Shown here piece by piece: positions 18,626-28,288 of a stretch of DNA of 64,000 bases. The DNA is from Gemmatimonadota bacterium (GTDB taxonomy: Bacteria > Gemmatimonadota > Gemmatimonadetes > JACCXV01): positions 45,298 through 109,297 of the forward strand of contig DATBJW010000064.1 in assembly GCA_036556205.1 (NCBI GenBank), given 5' to 3'. Under the pieces are notes generated by a model, which was given only the letters and a program-made list of their open reading frames with translations, did not search any database and was not told the origin of the DNA. Within the stretch, counting starts at the first letter, position 1. Each line of letters opens with the position of its first letter. The position numbers were made by a program, and so were the translations under genes.

Positions 18626-19876
18626 TTGGACATCGCCGAGTTGAAATCCAAGTCCATGCCCGAGCTCCACGCCATGGCGGAGAAGCTCTCCATCCAGAAC
18701 TTCAGCGGCATGCGCAAGCAGGATCTGATCTTCAAGATCGAGCAGAACCTGCTGGACACCGAGACGGTGCTGCGCGGCGAGGGCGTGCTCGAGATCCTGC
18801 CCGAGGGCTACGGGTTCCTCCGCTCCCCCGACTGGAACTACCTGTACGGCCCCGACGACATCTACGTCTCCCCGTCCCAGATCAAGCGCTTCGACCTGCG
18901 CACCGGGGACACCGTGCAGGGGCAGGTGCGCCCTCCCAAAGAGGGCGAACGGTATCTGGCGCTCCTCAAGGTCGAGAAGATCAACTACGAGGACCCCGAG
19001 AAAGCCAAGCACAAGACCCTCTTCGACAACCTCAAGCCCCTCTACCCCAAGGAGCGCATCAAGCTCGAGAGCAAGGAGCCGAAGAACTTCGGCATGCGGA
19101 TCGTGGACCTGATCTCGCCGATCGGGAAGGGTCAGCGCGGTCTGATCGTCTCGCCGCCCAAGGCCGGCAAGACGATGCTCCTGCAGATGATCGCCAACTC
19201 GGTCACCGAGAACCATCCCGAGATCGACCTCATCGTGCTGCTGATCGACGAGCGCCCCGAGGAGGTCACCGACATGGAGCGGTCCGTGCAGGGCGAGGTG
19301 ATCGCCTCCACCTTCGACGAGCCCGCCGACCGTCACGTCCAGGTCGCCGACATGGTGATCGAGAAGGCCAAGCGGCTGGTCGAGCACGGACACGACGTGG
19401 TGATCCTGCTGGATTCGATCACGCGCCTCGCCCGGGCGCACAATGTCGTCGTCCCCCACAGCGGCAAGATCCTCTCGGGCGGCGTCGACGCGCACGCGTT
19501 GCACAAGCCCAAGCGCTTCTTCGGCGCGGCCCGCAACATCGAGGAGGGCGGAAGCCTCACGATCGTGGCCACGGCCCTCATCGACACCGGCAGCCGCATG
19601 GACGAGGTGATCTTCGAGGAGTTCAAGGGCACGGGCAACATGGAGCTCGTGCTCGACCGCACACTGTCCGATCGCCGCATCTTCCCCTCCATCGACATCA
19701 ACCGCTCCTCGACCCGCAAGGAGGAGCTGCTCCTCACCAAAGAGGAGCTGAACCGCGTCTGGCTGCTGCGCAAGTTCCTGAACGACCTGACGCCGTCCGA
19801 GGCGATGGAGTTCCTGATCGAGAAGATGAAGGCCACGAAGTCGAACGCCGACTTCCTGGCCTCGATGAGCGGCTAG
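18626..19876 (+). CDS. rho: Transcription termination factor Rho
   Basis: Full-length Rho. N-terminal domain ([21 protein letters not shown]), RNA-binding OB fold, Walker A ([16 protein letters not shown]), Q and R loops. TTG start at 18626 with GAGGAAA 7 nt upstream; the ATG at 18656 is an alternative. Confidence 0.9.
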   Translation: MDIAELKSKSMPELHAMAEKLSIQNFSGMRKQDLIFKIEQNLLDTETVLRGEGVLEILPEGYGFLRSPDWNYLYGPDDIYVSPSQIKRFDLRTGDTVQGQVRPPKEGERYLALLKVEKINYEDPEKAKHKTLFDNLKPLYPKERIKLESKEPKNFGMRIVDLISPIGKGQRGLIVSPPKAGKTMLLQMIANSVTENHPEIDLIVLLIDERPEEVTDMERSVQGEVIASTFDEPADRHVQVADMVIEKAKRLVEHGHDVVILLDSITRLARAHNVVVPHSGKILSGGVDAHALHKPKRFFGAARNIEEGGSLTIVATALIDTGSRMDEVIFEEFKGTGNMELVLDRTLSDRRIFPSIDINRSSTRKEELLLTKEELNRVWLLRKFLNDLTPSEAMEFLIEKMKATKSNADFLASMSG

Positions 19877-19893
19877 CGGCCGGGTCCTCCCCG

Positions 19894-19911
19894 CCGCGGC
19901 GCGAGCCGCGG
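19894..19911 (+). terminator. Candidate intrinsic terminator hairpin after rho
   Basis: CCGCGGC-GCGA-GCCGCGG: perfect 7-bp GC stem with a GNRA-like loop, then a weak T-containing tract (CCCTTCCATCGTTCTC). Confidence 0.3.
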
Positions 19912-19984
19912 GCCCTTCCATCGTTCTCGCACGCGACGCCGCGCGGTTGCCGGCCGCTCGCCCGCTTCGCTAGGCTTTCCCCCC

Positions 19985-20398
19985 ATGTCCCGCATCCTCG
20001 CCGTCGACTACGGCACGAAACGCGTCGGGCTGGCGCTCTCGGACCCCACGCGCACGCTGGCCGCGGGGCTCCCCACGCTGGAGCGCAGGCCGAAGCAGCC
20101 GCTGCCGGAGGCCATCGCCCGACTGGTCGAGCGCCACGCGGTGGGCGAGGTGCTGGTGGGGCTGCCGCTCGAGGCGGACGGAACCGTCGGCGAACGGGCG
20201 CGGACGGTCGAGCGTTTCGCGGAGGCGCTCCGGGCCCGGGTCTCCGTCCCGGTGACCCTCGTGGACGAGCGGCTCTCGACGGTCCGGGCCTACGAGCTGC
20301 TGCGCGAGCGAGGCAAGCGGGCCCGAGCCGGCAAGGCGCACGCGGACCGGGTCTCGGCGGCGATCCTGTTGCAGGATTACCTGGACGCCCGTCCGTGA
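19985..20398 (+). CDS. ruvX: Putative pre-16S rRNA nuclease / Holliday-junction-resolvase-like protein YqgF
   Basis: MSRILAVDYGTKRVGLALSD is the RNase H-like YqgF signature. 137 aa. Confidence 0.85.
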   Translation: MSRILAVDYGTKRVGLALSDPTRTLAAGLPTLERRPKQPLPEAIARLVERHAVGEVLVGLPLEADGTVGERARTVERFAEALRARVSVPVTLVDERLSTVRAYELLRERGKRARAGKAHADRVSAAILLQDYLDARP

Positions 20399-21393
20399 GC
20401 CGTCGCACGCGCGCGGCCCTGGCGGCATTCCTCGCCGGGGTCGTCCTTCTCGCCGGCGCGGCCTGGATCCGGCACGAGCTCCAGCCGCCCGCCGCGGGTC
20501 CCGGACGCGTGGAGGTCCAGGTGCGGAGAGGCGCCGACATGGGCGAGGTGGCGGGGCTCCTCGCGGAGCGCGGGGTCGTGCGCAACGCGGCGGTCTTCCG
20601 CTGGCTCGCCCGCTTGCGGGGAGACGCCGGCCGGGTGCAGGCCGGCCGCTACGAGCTGCCCACCGACCGGAGCGCCCTCGAGGTGCTCGACCTGCTCGTC
20701 GAGGGCCGCACGCGGCTGGCGAAGATCGTGGTCCCCGAGGGCCTCACGGCCGAGGAGGCCGCTCAGGCCGTCGCCCGCCAGGCGCGCTTCCCCGCCGCCG
20801 ACTACCTGGCCCTGGCGCGCGACTCGAGCCTCGCCGACTCGCTGGGCCTGCCGGGCCCCACGCTGGAGGGCTACCTCTTTCCCGAGACCTACTTCGTGGA
20901 TCCCGAGATCTCGGCCCGCGACTTCGTGGTGCTCCAGGCGCAGACCTTCCGCGAGGTCTTCGGCGGGGAGCTCCGGCGCGAGGCCGAGCGCGCGGGGTTC
21001 ACGCCGCGCGAGATCGTGACGCTGGCCTCCATCGTGGAGGCCGAGGCGCGACGCCCCGACGAGCGGCCGGTCATCGCCTCGGTCTATCGGAACCGGCTCG
21101 CGCGCGGCATGCTGCTCGAAGCCGACCCCACCGTGCAGTACGCCCTGGGGGGCCACCGCGAGCGGGTGCTCTACCGCGACCTCGAGGTGGATTCGCCCTA
21201 CAATACGTACCGCAACCCGGGGCTCCCGCCCGGGCCGATCGGAAGCCCCGGTCGGGCCTCGCTCGAGGCGGCGGTGCGGCCCGACTCCACGCCGTACCTC
21301 TACTTTTTCTGGATCGGCGACTCGCTCGGGACCCACACCTTCTCGACGAGCTACGACGAGCACCTGCGCAAGCGGGCGCGGCTCGGCCGCTGA
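20395..21393 (+). CDS. mltG: Endolytic murein transglycosylase MltG (YceG family)
   Basis: N-terminal TM helix, then YceG-family motifs (VTLASIVEAEARRPDERPVIASVYRNRLARGMLLEADPTVQYAL; PYNTYRNPGLPPGPIGSPG). Start overlaps the ruvX stop (ATGA). Confidence 0.9.
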   Translation: MSRRTRAALAAFLAGVVLLAGAAWIRHELQPPAAGPGRVEVQVRRGADMGEVAGLLAERGVVRNAAVFRWLARLRGDAGRVQAGRYELPTDRSALEVLDLLVEGRTRLAKIVVPEGLTAEEAAQAVARQARFPAADYLALARDSSLADSLGLPGPTLEGYLFPETYFVDPEISARDFVVLQAQTFREVFGGELRREAERAGFTPREIVTLASIVEAEARRPDERPVIASVYRNRLARGMLLEADPTVQYALGGHRERVLYRDLEVDSPYNTYRNPGLPPGPIGSPGRASLEAAVRPDSTPYLYFFWIGDSLGTHTFSTSYDEHLRKRARLGR

Positions 21394-21535
21394 AGCGCGG
21401 GCCGCACGCCGGGCCCGCGGCGCCCTTCCCTGCCAGGTTCTACCCCCGCTTCAGTTGCATCCGAAGCAGGAGAGCCCGACGGGTGGTTCATGGCGAGCGT
21501 GCGACCCACCCGCCGGGCTCCCGGCAAGCCGAGGA

Positions 21536-22096
21536 TCAGCCGAAGTACTCCGGCTCGTTACCCGGCTTCCACTTGATGTTGCAGCCGATCGACGGCACCT
21601 GGTCGGAGGGGACCGGCTTCCCCGCCAGGACGGCGTCGAGCGCGTCTCGCAGGTCGCGCCCCGTGACCGGAACGCCGTTCGAGGGCCGGCTGTCGTCGAG
21701 CTGCCCGCGGTAGACGAGCCGCTGGCCGGCGTCGAACAGGAAGAAGTCCGGGGTGCAGGCCGCCCGGTAGCTCTTGGCGACCTCCTGCGTGGCGTCGAAG
21801 AGCAGTGGGAACGTGAAGCCCTGCTCCCGCGCCATCTCGGCCAGGCTCTCCGGGGCGTCGTCGGGGTGCGCGTGCGCGTCGTTGGAGCCGATGGCCACGA
21901 TCCCGACCCCCTTGCCCCGATAGTCCCGCCCGAGGCGGGCCAGCTCCGCCTGCACGTGCTTCACGAACGGGCAGTGCCGGCAGATGAACATGACGAGCAG
22001 CGCCGGCGCCTTCCCGAACGCGTCGCGGCCCACCGTGCGGCCGGTTACGACGTCGGGAAGCGCGAAGTCCGGCGCCCGCGTACCGAGCTCGAGCAT
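21536..22096 (-). CDS. Thioredoxin-fold protein (AhpC/TSA / thiol-disulfide oxidoreductase family)
   Basis: CxxC motif CRHCP within LLVMFICRHCPFVKH. Thioredoxin-like beta-alpha-beta topology. ~187 aa from the ATG at 22096. Confidence 0.7.
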   Translation of the reverse strand: MLELGTRAPDFALPDVVTGRTVGRDAFGKAPALLVMFICRHCPFVKHVQAELARLGRDYRGKGVGIVAIGSNDAHAHPDDAPESLAEMAREQGFTFPLLFDATQEVAKSYRAACTPDFFLFDAGQRLVYRGQLDDSRPSNGVPVTGRDLRDALDAVLAGKPVPSDQVPSIGCNIKWKPGNEPEYFG

Positions 22097-22235
22097 GGTC
22101 GAAGCGGTGCGAACCACGGTGGTCCTCCTGGATGGAAGGGATGTCGAGCGAATGAAAAACGCCCGACTCCCTTACGCGGGAGGTCGGGCGCGAGTTCCTG
22201 GGAGGGCCGCGGGGCCGCGGCCGACCGGATCGTGC

Positions 22236-22505
22236 TTACTGCCGGTCGACGAGGCGGATCAGGCGAACGGCGAGGCGCAGGCCCTTCAGGAAGAAAAAGA
22301 CGAACAGGCAGGTCGTGGCGAGGATGATCAGGTTCAACGCCCAGATCGCCTCCACGTCCTTGGCGGCGAAGGCCACCAGGCCGATGGCCGAGAAGAGCGC
22401 GGGAACCACGACGAACAGGGCGAACGCCACCGCGGCCAGCTCGCCGAGGCTCGGCTTGCGCCTGGGAAGCGCTGTGGAGGAGCGGGAACGACGGCGGCTG
22501 CTCAT
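22236..22505 (-). CDS. Small hypothetical membrane protein (two TM helices)
   Basis: 89 aa: basic N-terminus, then two hydrophobic helices (LAAVAFALFVVVPALFSAIGLVAFAA; LIILATTCLFVFFFL). No homology recognised. Could be spurious. Confidence 0.35.
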   Translation of the reverse strand: MSSRRRSRSSTALPRRKPSLGELAAVAFALFVVVPALFSAIGLVAFAAKDVEAIWALNLIILATTCLFVFFFLKGLRLAVRLIRLVDRQ

Positions 22506-22625
22506 GCGGGCCTCGCGGGAGAATCGGTGTCCGGCCCAAGCTTACCGACCGGCGAGGTCCCGCCCAATCGTCTGGCGGACCGACCGCCTCTCCGTCCCGC
22601 TGGCGCTCCGCTTTTTGTCCTCCTG

Positions 22626-23615
22626 CTACCGTCGGCCTACGACGCGGGCGCCGCGAGGCTCGGGCTCCTCGGCCCGGGCGGCGTCCCGGTCCACGAACGT
22701 GAGCCAGCCCTCCCGATCGGGGACCTGGCCGCGGACCGCGGCGAAAAACCGCTCCTGGAGGGCGCGCGTGACGGGTCCCGGCCGGCCCGAGCCGATCGGG
22801 GATCCGTCGAGCTCGCGGATCGGCGTGACCTCGGCCGCCGTCCCCGTGAAGAAGGCCTCGTCGGCGTTGTACACATCCTCGAGCCGGATCCGGTTCTCCA
22901 CCCGCGAGAGCACCCCCAGATCGCTGGCCAGCTCGAGCACCGAGTCGCGCGTGATCCCGGGCAGGATCGAGGCGCTGGCGTCGTTCGTGATCAACACCCC
23001 GCCGCGGACCAGGAACAGGTTCTCGCCCGACCCCTCGGCCACGAAGCCCTCCTGGTTCAGGAGCAGAGCCTCGGTGAAGCCGCGGGCGCGTGCGTCGGCC
23101 AGGGCGAGCAGCGAATTCAGGTACTGCCCCGATCCCTTGGCGACGGAGGGGATCATGGAGTGGTGGGTCTTGCGCCAGGGCGAGACCGTGATGCGGATCC
23201 CCTTCTCCATCCCCTCGACACCCAGATAGGTCGGGAACGGGTACACGATGATGGCCACGGTCGTCGGGCACTCGCGGGGCAGGATCCCCAGGTTGCCGTA
23301 GCCGAAGAAAGCCAGCGGCCGGATGTAGCCCTCGGGCAGCCCGCTCGAGTGGATCACGCGCTCGACGGCCGCGCTCAACTGCGCCGCGTCCCAGGGCAGG
23401 CTCATGCCGTAGGTCGCCGCCGAGCGCCCGAAGCGCGCCAGGTGCTCGGGCAGCCGGAACACGGCGCGCCCCTGCGCGGTCGGATAGAAGCGGATGCCCT
23501 CGAAGACGCCGGTGCCGTAGTGGAGCCCGTGCACGCACACGTGCACGCGTGCGTCCGACCAGGGAAGCAGCTCGCCATCCAGCCAGATCTCGCCTTTCTC
23601 AGGGAAGAAACCCAT
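22626..23615 (-). CDS. ilvE: Branched-chain amino acid aminotransferase (PLP fold type IV)
   Basis: MGFFPEKGEIWLDGELLPWSDARVHV...GTGVFEGIR...EALLLNQEGFVAEGSGENLF match IlvE class IV aminotransferases. Start at the internal ATG 23615. Confidence 0.9.
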   Translation of the reverse strand: MGFFPEKGEIWLDGELLPWSDARVHVCVHGLHYGTGVFEGIRFYPTAQGRAVFRLPEHLARFGRSAATYGMSLPWDAAQLSAAVERVIHSSGLPEGYIRPLAFFGYGNLGILPRECPTTVAIIVYPFPTYLGVEGMEKGIRITVSPWRKTHHSMIPSVAKGSGQYLNSLLALADARARGFTEALLLNQEGFVAEGSGENLFLVRGGVLITNDASASILPGITRDSVLELASDLGVLSRVENRIRLEDVYNADEAFFTGTAAEVTPIRELDGSPIGSGRPGPVTRALQERFFAAVRGQVPDREGWLTFVDRDAARAEEPEPRGARVVGRR

Positions 23616-23660
23616 TCCGCCTCCGCTCACGTTTCGCGCGCGACCGGGGTCCGGCGCACG

Positions 23661-25484
23661 TTACTGGATCTTGACCAGGAAGCGCTGCTCGACGCCGCCC
23701 GGATCGTTGACGCCATACGAGCCCACGGCCTGGAGGTTCGTCAGCGCGGCGAGCACGCGGTTCAAGGTGTCCTGCGACTCGGGTGATGGGTTCTGGCCGC
23801 CCATCTGCTGGAGCGTGGTGACCGCCGCGCCGATCTCGCCCAGCAGGCGCGCCACGTCCAGGAAGCCCACCACGTTCGCCGTCTCGGGGAAGAAATTCCC
23901 CAGCGACTGGTAGCGGGCGTTGCTCCGCACCGTCTGCCCCGTCCCCGTCTTCACGTCCAGCATGTGCTTGAGCGTGCCGCGCGCGAGCGTCACCACGGCG
24001 TAATCGTCGTGGATCACGTAGCTCGGCGCCAGTCCTTCGCCCATGGGTGTGGGGGCGAAGCGGATCTTGACCCCCTTGTACTCCTCCTCTTGAAACTGCA
24101 CCGGGAAGGACTGCGGCCCGCTCTGCGCGGCGGTCGCCACGTCGGCCTCGAGCTTCGTGAAGAAGGCCCGGGCCCGGGTCGTGTCCGCGGCCTGGATCAC
24201 CACGCTCAGCTCGGGGATCGGGAAGAACCCGCCCTTGACGACGCCGTTCAGGCCGAGCGCGGCCTCCTTCCCCATCCAGCCCAGGATGTCCGTGCGGATG
24301 CTCATGCCGCTCTTGCGCTCGAACTCGGCGATCGCGCTGTCCACGCGCGCCGCAGCCGCGGGTCCGGCGGCCGAGTCCTGCGCCATCGCCGCTTCCTTGA
24401 GGTAGGCCACCGCCACGTCGTAGATGCGCGGCGCGTCGAGGAAGTTCACCGTGTAGACGCCGAGGGTCGAGTCGGGGAAGTAGCCCACGACCCCGCTCTC
24501 CGAAGGCGCGGTCTTCAACATCTCGCGCAGCGGTGCGGCGCCCGGGGAGGTGGGGTCCAGCATCGAGTACGTGCGCACGTCCAGACCCTGGTCGTTCCAG
24601 CCGAAGCCGCTCACGAACGCGCTCTGGATGTTGTAGCGGTCCGCCACGTCGAGCACGCGTTCCGCCTGCGCCGCCTCCGCGCCCTCCGCCGAGCGCAGCG
24701 CCTGGCTGCGCAGGGCGCGGGTCGCGTCCTTGCGGACGAAGAGCGTGAGATTGGCCTCGCCCACGTGCGGCAGCGCGCGCTTGTACAGGCTGTCCCTGTC
24801 CATCGTCGCGCCCTGCCCGTCCAGGGCGTCGACCGCGCCCTGCAGGCCGGCCTGGTCCGTGGCCGCCACCAGCTTCTCCTTGTGGAAGCCGTAGAGCGCG
24901 CGCACGGTGCCGCCCGAGTCCGAGACGACCGTGACGCCCACACCCTTGTAGGTCTCGTCGCGGAACGTCCGGCCCTCGCCCTCGGCAGCCTTGCGCACGT
25001 TGTCCAGGATCGAGCTCAGCGCGTCCTTGTCGGCCAGATCGGCGACGAGCACGACGCGCGCGGACATGGTGTCCGCGCCCACGGCGTAGACTCCGACCTG
25101 GATTCGCTTCCCGAGCGTGTGGAAGAGCGTCTGCTTGTTGAAGGGAACCCCCGTCACCGTCTGGAACTGCTGCAGGGCTTCGGCGAGACGCGGGTTCTGG
25201 GCCGGATCCAGCTTGGCCTTGACCTCGGGGATGGCCATGAGCTGGGTGTAGAGCTGGGTCGACTCGAGGCGCGTCCAGAAGGCCTCGAGGTCGTAGGCGG
25301 AGATCGCCACGACCGCGCCCCCCGGCAGCTCGCCCGCGACGGCCTTGGTGGTGATCGGCGCCGGCGCGGCTCCCTCGGCCATCCCGGCCGCGGCGGGCCC
25401 TTCCTCCTTCTTGCGACAGGCCCCGAGGGCCACGAGCAGGAGCAGCAAGGCGACGCGCCAGCCGTTCTTGCGGTGCGCGGACAT
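23661..25484 (-). CDS. Large conserved lipoprotein of unknown function
   Basis: 607 aa. Signal peptide plus lipobox (LLLLLVALGAC). Predicted periplasmic or outer-membrane-anchored. No catalytic motif found. Confidence 0.6.
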   Translation of the reverse strand: MSAHRKNGWRVALLLLLVALGACRKKEEGPAAAGMAEGAAPAPITTKAVAGELPGGAVVAISAYDLEAFWTRLESTQLYTQLMAIPEVKAKLDPAQNPRLAEALQQFQTVTGVPFNKQTLFHTLGKRIQVGVYAVGADTMSARVVLVADLADKDALSSILDNVRKAAEGEGRTFRDETYKGVGVTVVSDSGGTVRALYGFHKEKLVAATDQAGLQGAVDALDGQGATMDRDSLYKRALPHVGEANLTLFVRKDATRALRSQALRSAEGAEAAQAERVLDVADRYNIQSAFVSGFGWNDQGLDVRTYSMLDPTSPGAAPLREMLKTAPSESGVVGYFPDSTLGVYTVNFLDAPRIYDVAVAYLKEAAMAQDSAAGPAAAARVDSAIAEFERKSGMSIRTDILGWMGKEAALGLNGVVKGGFFPIPELSVVIQAADTTRARAFFTKLEADVATAAQSGPQSFPVQFQEEEYKGVKIRFAPTPMGEGLAPSYVIHDDYAVVTLARGTLKHMLDVKTGTGQTVRSNARYQSLGNFFPETANVVGFLDVARLLGEIGAAVTTLQQMGGQNPSPESQDTLNRVLAALTNLQAVGSYGVNDPGGVEQRFLVKIQ

Positions 25485-25817
25485 CAGCGGGGGACTCCTC
25501 GGGAGGAAATTGAGAGCGACGGGAAGCCGGAGCGGCGGTACGGGCCAGCAGTCTAGCCTCGACTCAGAGGGCTGTCAAACGCGACCGGCGACCGATTTCC
25601 GCTCACGGGCGCGGCGCTTCCGCCTGCCGCCCGGCCGCGCGCACCTGGGCTCCCGACGGTCGAGATTCTTCCTCCGCGGCCGGGGTTCGTCTTAGCTTTC
25701 GCTCCCGAACGCTCCCCGGGAGTGGTGGGTGGCCTTCCCCAGAGGTTCGGGTTCTTCCCTTCAGTCCGTGCGCTTCAAATCGACGCTCTTCAAGCGTCAG
25801 GCAGCCCGGAGGTGCGT

Positions 25818-27653
25818 ATGCTCGAAGTCACCGTAGGAACGGTGCGCCCGCGCGCGAGGACCAGAGCGATCCTCGCCATCGGGCTCACGGTCGCGATTGT
25901 GCCGGCGGCCTGGGGTCAGCAGGCCCTGGGCAGCCGGATGGTCAAGGGCAGGCCGATCACCGAGTTCCTCTCGGCCGGCGGCCTGGCGGCGGCGCTGGGC
26001 AAGCACGTGGGTTCCGTGCCCCCGGGCTCCGACGCGATCGATCTCACCGGGCCGGCATCCCCGACCGCCTCGACCAATGGGTTCGTGAACGACCCCTGCC
26101 TGGATCCCGGCCCCCTGGTCCCGTTTCCCTTCAACTTCTTCGACGTCGTTCAGAGCGAGACCGAGCTTGCGGTCTGGAACGGCGCGCCGGGCGGCCGGGA
26201 GTTCAAGCCGATCGTTGCCGGCTACAACGACTCCAAGGGCTTCACCACGAACACCCAGGGCCTCTCCGGGTTCGCGTACAACCTGCGTAGCGGCCAGAAA
26301 GACAAGTGGATCGACGGCGGTGGACTTCCGCCGCGCTTTCCGGACACGGGTCCTCCCCCGCCTGGAGGTCTGGCCTTCGACCAGTTCTTCGGCGATCCCA
26401 GCCTCGTCGTGAACCAGCGTACGGGCGAGTTCTTTTACGGGTCGATCTATGTGTCGCCCCAGGGTTATTCCACCATCAGCGTCAGCCGCGGTGTGTTCAA
26501 GAACGCGAAGCCGCAGGGTGCGGAGAGCGTCTCGAACACCCGCTGCGAGGGCCGATCCAACCTGTTCGGAGTGCCGCTGAACCCTCCGGCCGGCAACCAG
26601 CGGATCATCTGGGACAAGCCGGTCGAGGCCGTCCGGCCGCCTTTCCTGGGGCCCGACAACGCCGACTTCCCCGACAAGCCGTTCCTCGCCATCGATCAGA
26701 AGACGGGCACGCTCTACGTGACCTACACGCGCTTCGCCGCGGACGGCCCCACCCCCCTCGAGGTCGTGGTGTCCTTCGACGGCGGGCACACGTGGACTCC
26801 ACCACGGACCATCGTGCCCAACTTGAACGACACGCTGAACCAGGCCGCGATGGCGGTCGTCACTCCCACGGGACGCGTCATCGCCACCTGGTGGTCGCGC
26901 GTCTTCGACCTGAACGACCCCACGTTCCCCATCAAGCGGGCCCAGATCCAGGCCGCGTACTCGGACAACCAGGGCCTGACGTGGAGCGACGTGATTCGCG
27001 TCGCCGCGGCCGAGCCACAGGGCGAGCCGCCCGGCTACAACCGCGAGCGGCCCCTGATCCTTAACGCGCCCTTCATCGCGGTGGACCGGGGCAAGGACGA
27101 CGGCAACGACACGGCCGCCGAGAAGAAGCGCGCGGGCTTCGGGAACGTGTACATCGTCTACACGCGCGGAACGACGCCGCTGCCGGCCATCGCCTTCGAC
27201 AAGGCGGCCGACATCTTCGTCGTGCGCTCGACGAACGACGGAAGGAGCTGGGGCCAACCCGTGCGGATCAACGACGACGGAACGCAGACGATCCACGTCT
27301 TCCCGAACGTGCAGGTCAACAAGGACGGAAAGGTGTTCGTGTCCTGGATCGACCGCCGCCGCGACCCGGTGAACAACATCTTCAACGACACCTTCGCGGC
27401 GGCCTCGACGGACCTGGGCCAGACCTTCGGCCCGAACCTGCGGGTCACGGACGTGCCCGGTACGTCCTGGTTCACGCGCGCGGACGCGGCCCCGAACTTC
27501 GGCGACTACAACTCGAGCGATCTCATCGACTACGACGAGTTCGCCGTGATCTGGGCGGATGGACGCTTCCTGCCGCCCGGCCGGACCAAGGTCCTGCACC
27601 GAGGCACGAAGGCCACGCCGGACGCGCTCTTCACGAGGACGCCGGGACTCTGA
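25818..27653 (+). CDS. Secreted BNR/Asp-box repeat protein (sialidase-like beta-propeller)
   Basis: ATG at 25818 with GGAGGTG upstream. Signal peptide (AILAIGLTVAIVPAAWGQQ). At least four Asp-box motifs: SFDGGHTW, SDNQGLTW, STNDGRSW, STDLGQTF. Confidence 0.75.
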   Translation: MLEVTVGTVRPRARTRAILAIGLTVAIVPAAWGQQALGSRMVKGRPITEFLSAGGLAAALGKHVGSVPPGSDAIDLTGPASPTASTNGFVNDPCLDPGPLVPFPFNFFDVVQSETELAVWNGAPGGREFKPIVAGYNDSKGFTTNTQGLSGFAYNLRSGQKDKWIDGGGLPPRFPDTGPPPPGGLAFDQFFGDPSLVVNQRTGEFFYGSIYVSPQGYSTISVSRGVFKNAKPQGAESVSNTRCEGRSNLFGVPLNPPAGNQRIIWDKPVEAVRPPFLGPDNADFPDKPFLAIDQKTGTLYVTYTRFAADGPTPLEVVVSFDGGHTWTPPRTIVPNLNDTLNQAAMAVVTPTGRVIATWWSRVFDLNDPTFPIKRAQIQAAYSDNQGLTWSDVIRVAAAEPQGEPPGYNRERPLILNAPFIAVDRGKDDGNDTAAEKKRAGFGNVYIVYTRGTTPLPAIAFDKAADIFVVRSTNDGRSWGQPVRINDDGTQTIHVFPNVQVNKDGKVFVSWIDRRRDPVNNIFNDTFAAASTDLGQTFGPNLRVTDVPGTSWFTRADAAPNFGDYNSSDLIDYDEFAVIWADGRFLPPGRTKVLHRGTKATPDALFTRTPGL

Positions 27654-27737
27654 CCCGACGGCTCGAGTCACGAGGAACAGGTGCCGGCCGGCGCCGGTGC
27701 CAAGAGGAGGGGCCCGCCCGGGTGCGGGCCCCTCGCG

Positions 27738-27754
27738 TTGGTACCGACCTTGCC
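27738..27754 (+). promoter_or_regulatory. Candidate sigma-54 (RpoN) -24/-12 promoter upstream of the gspE operon
   Basis: TTGGTAC-CGACC-TTGCC. GG at 27740-41 and GC at 27752-53 with the canonical 10-nt spacing. Matches TGGYAC-N5-TTGC. A sigma-54 activator gene lies at 41033-42373. Confidence 0.5.
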
Positions 27755-28288
27755 CGCCTGTCCGAAAAGGAGCCGGCGTGCAAGCTCCAGCGATCGAGCT
27801 GGGCCTTCCGGCCCCCTTGACGCCGGCGGAACTGATTGACCGTAACTGCTCGGCTCTCTTATAGTTAAAGTTCGCCGTCGCCACGCAGGCTCAGGCCCAA
27901 GACCTGGAACCCGGCCCAGCGCCGGTCCCCCGCGGGCGGACGGGAAAACGCGACGTTCCAGGGCAGGTGCGCCATCAAGGTCAGGCCTCCTTCAGACCGG
28001 CAGCCGCCGCGCGCGGCGGCGCCGAACGGCTCCCCGCTCCCCGGTTCTTCCGCCGACCGCGCGACCGGCCTCGAGGCCGCGCAGCCGGCCGGCACGACCG
28101 GAGGCCGGCTCTCGCTCACCCGCGTCAATGTAGACGAGGGGCTGATCCCCGAGCGGGACTTCCTGCGGGCCCTCGCGCGCCGGGACGGAACCCTGGTCCT
28201 GGAGCGGCTCGCCGAGGCACTGGTCGAGCCCGTCCCCACCAGCCTGCCGCTCCCCTACCTCGAGGAGTTCCTCATCGTCCCGCTCGAG

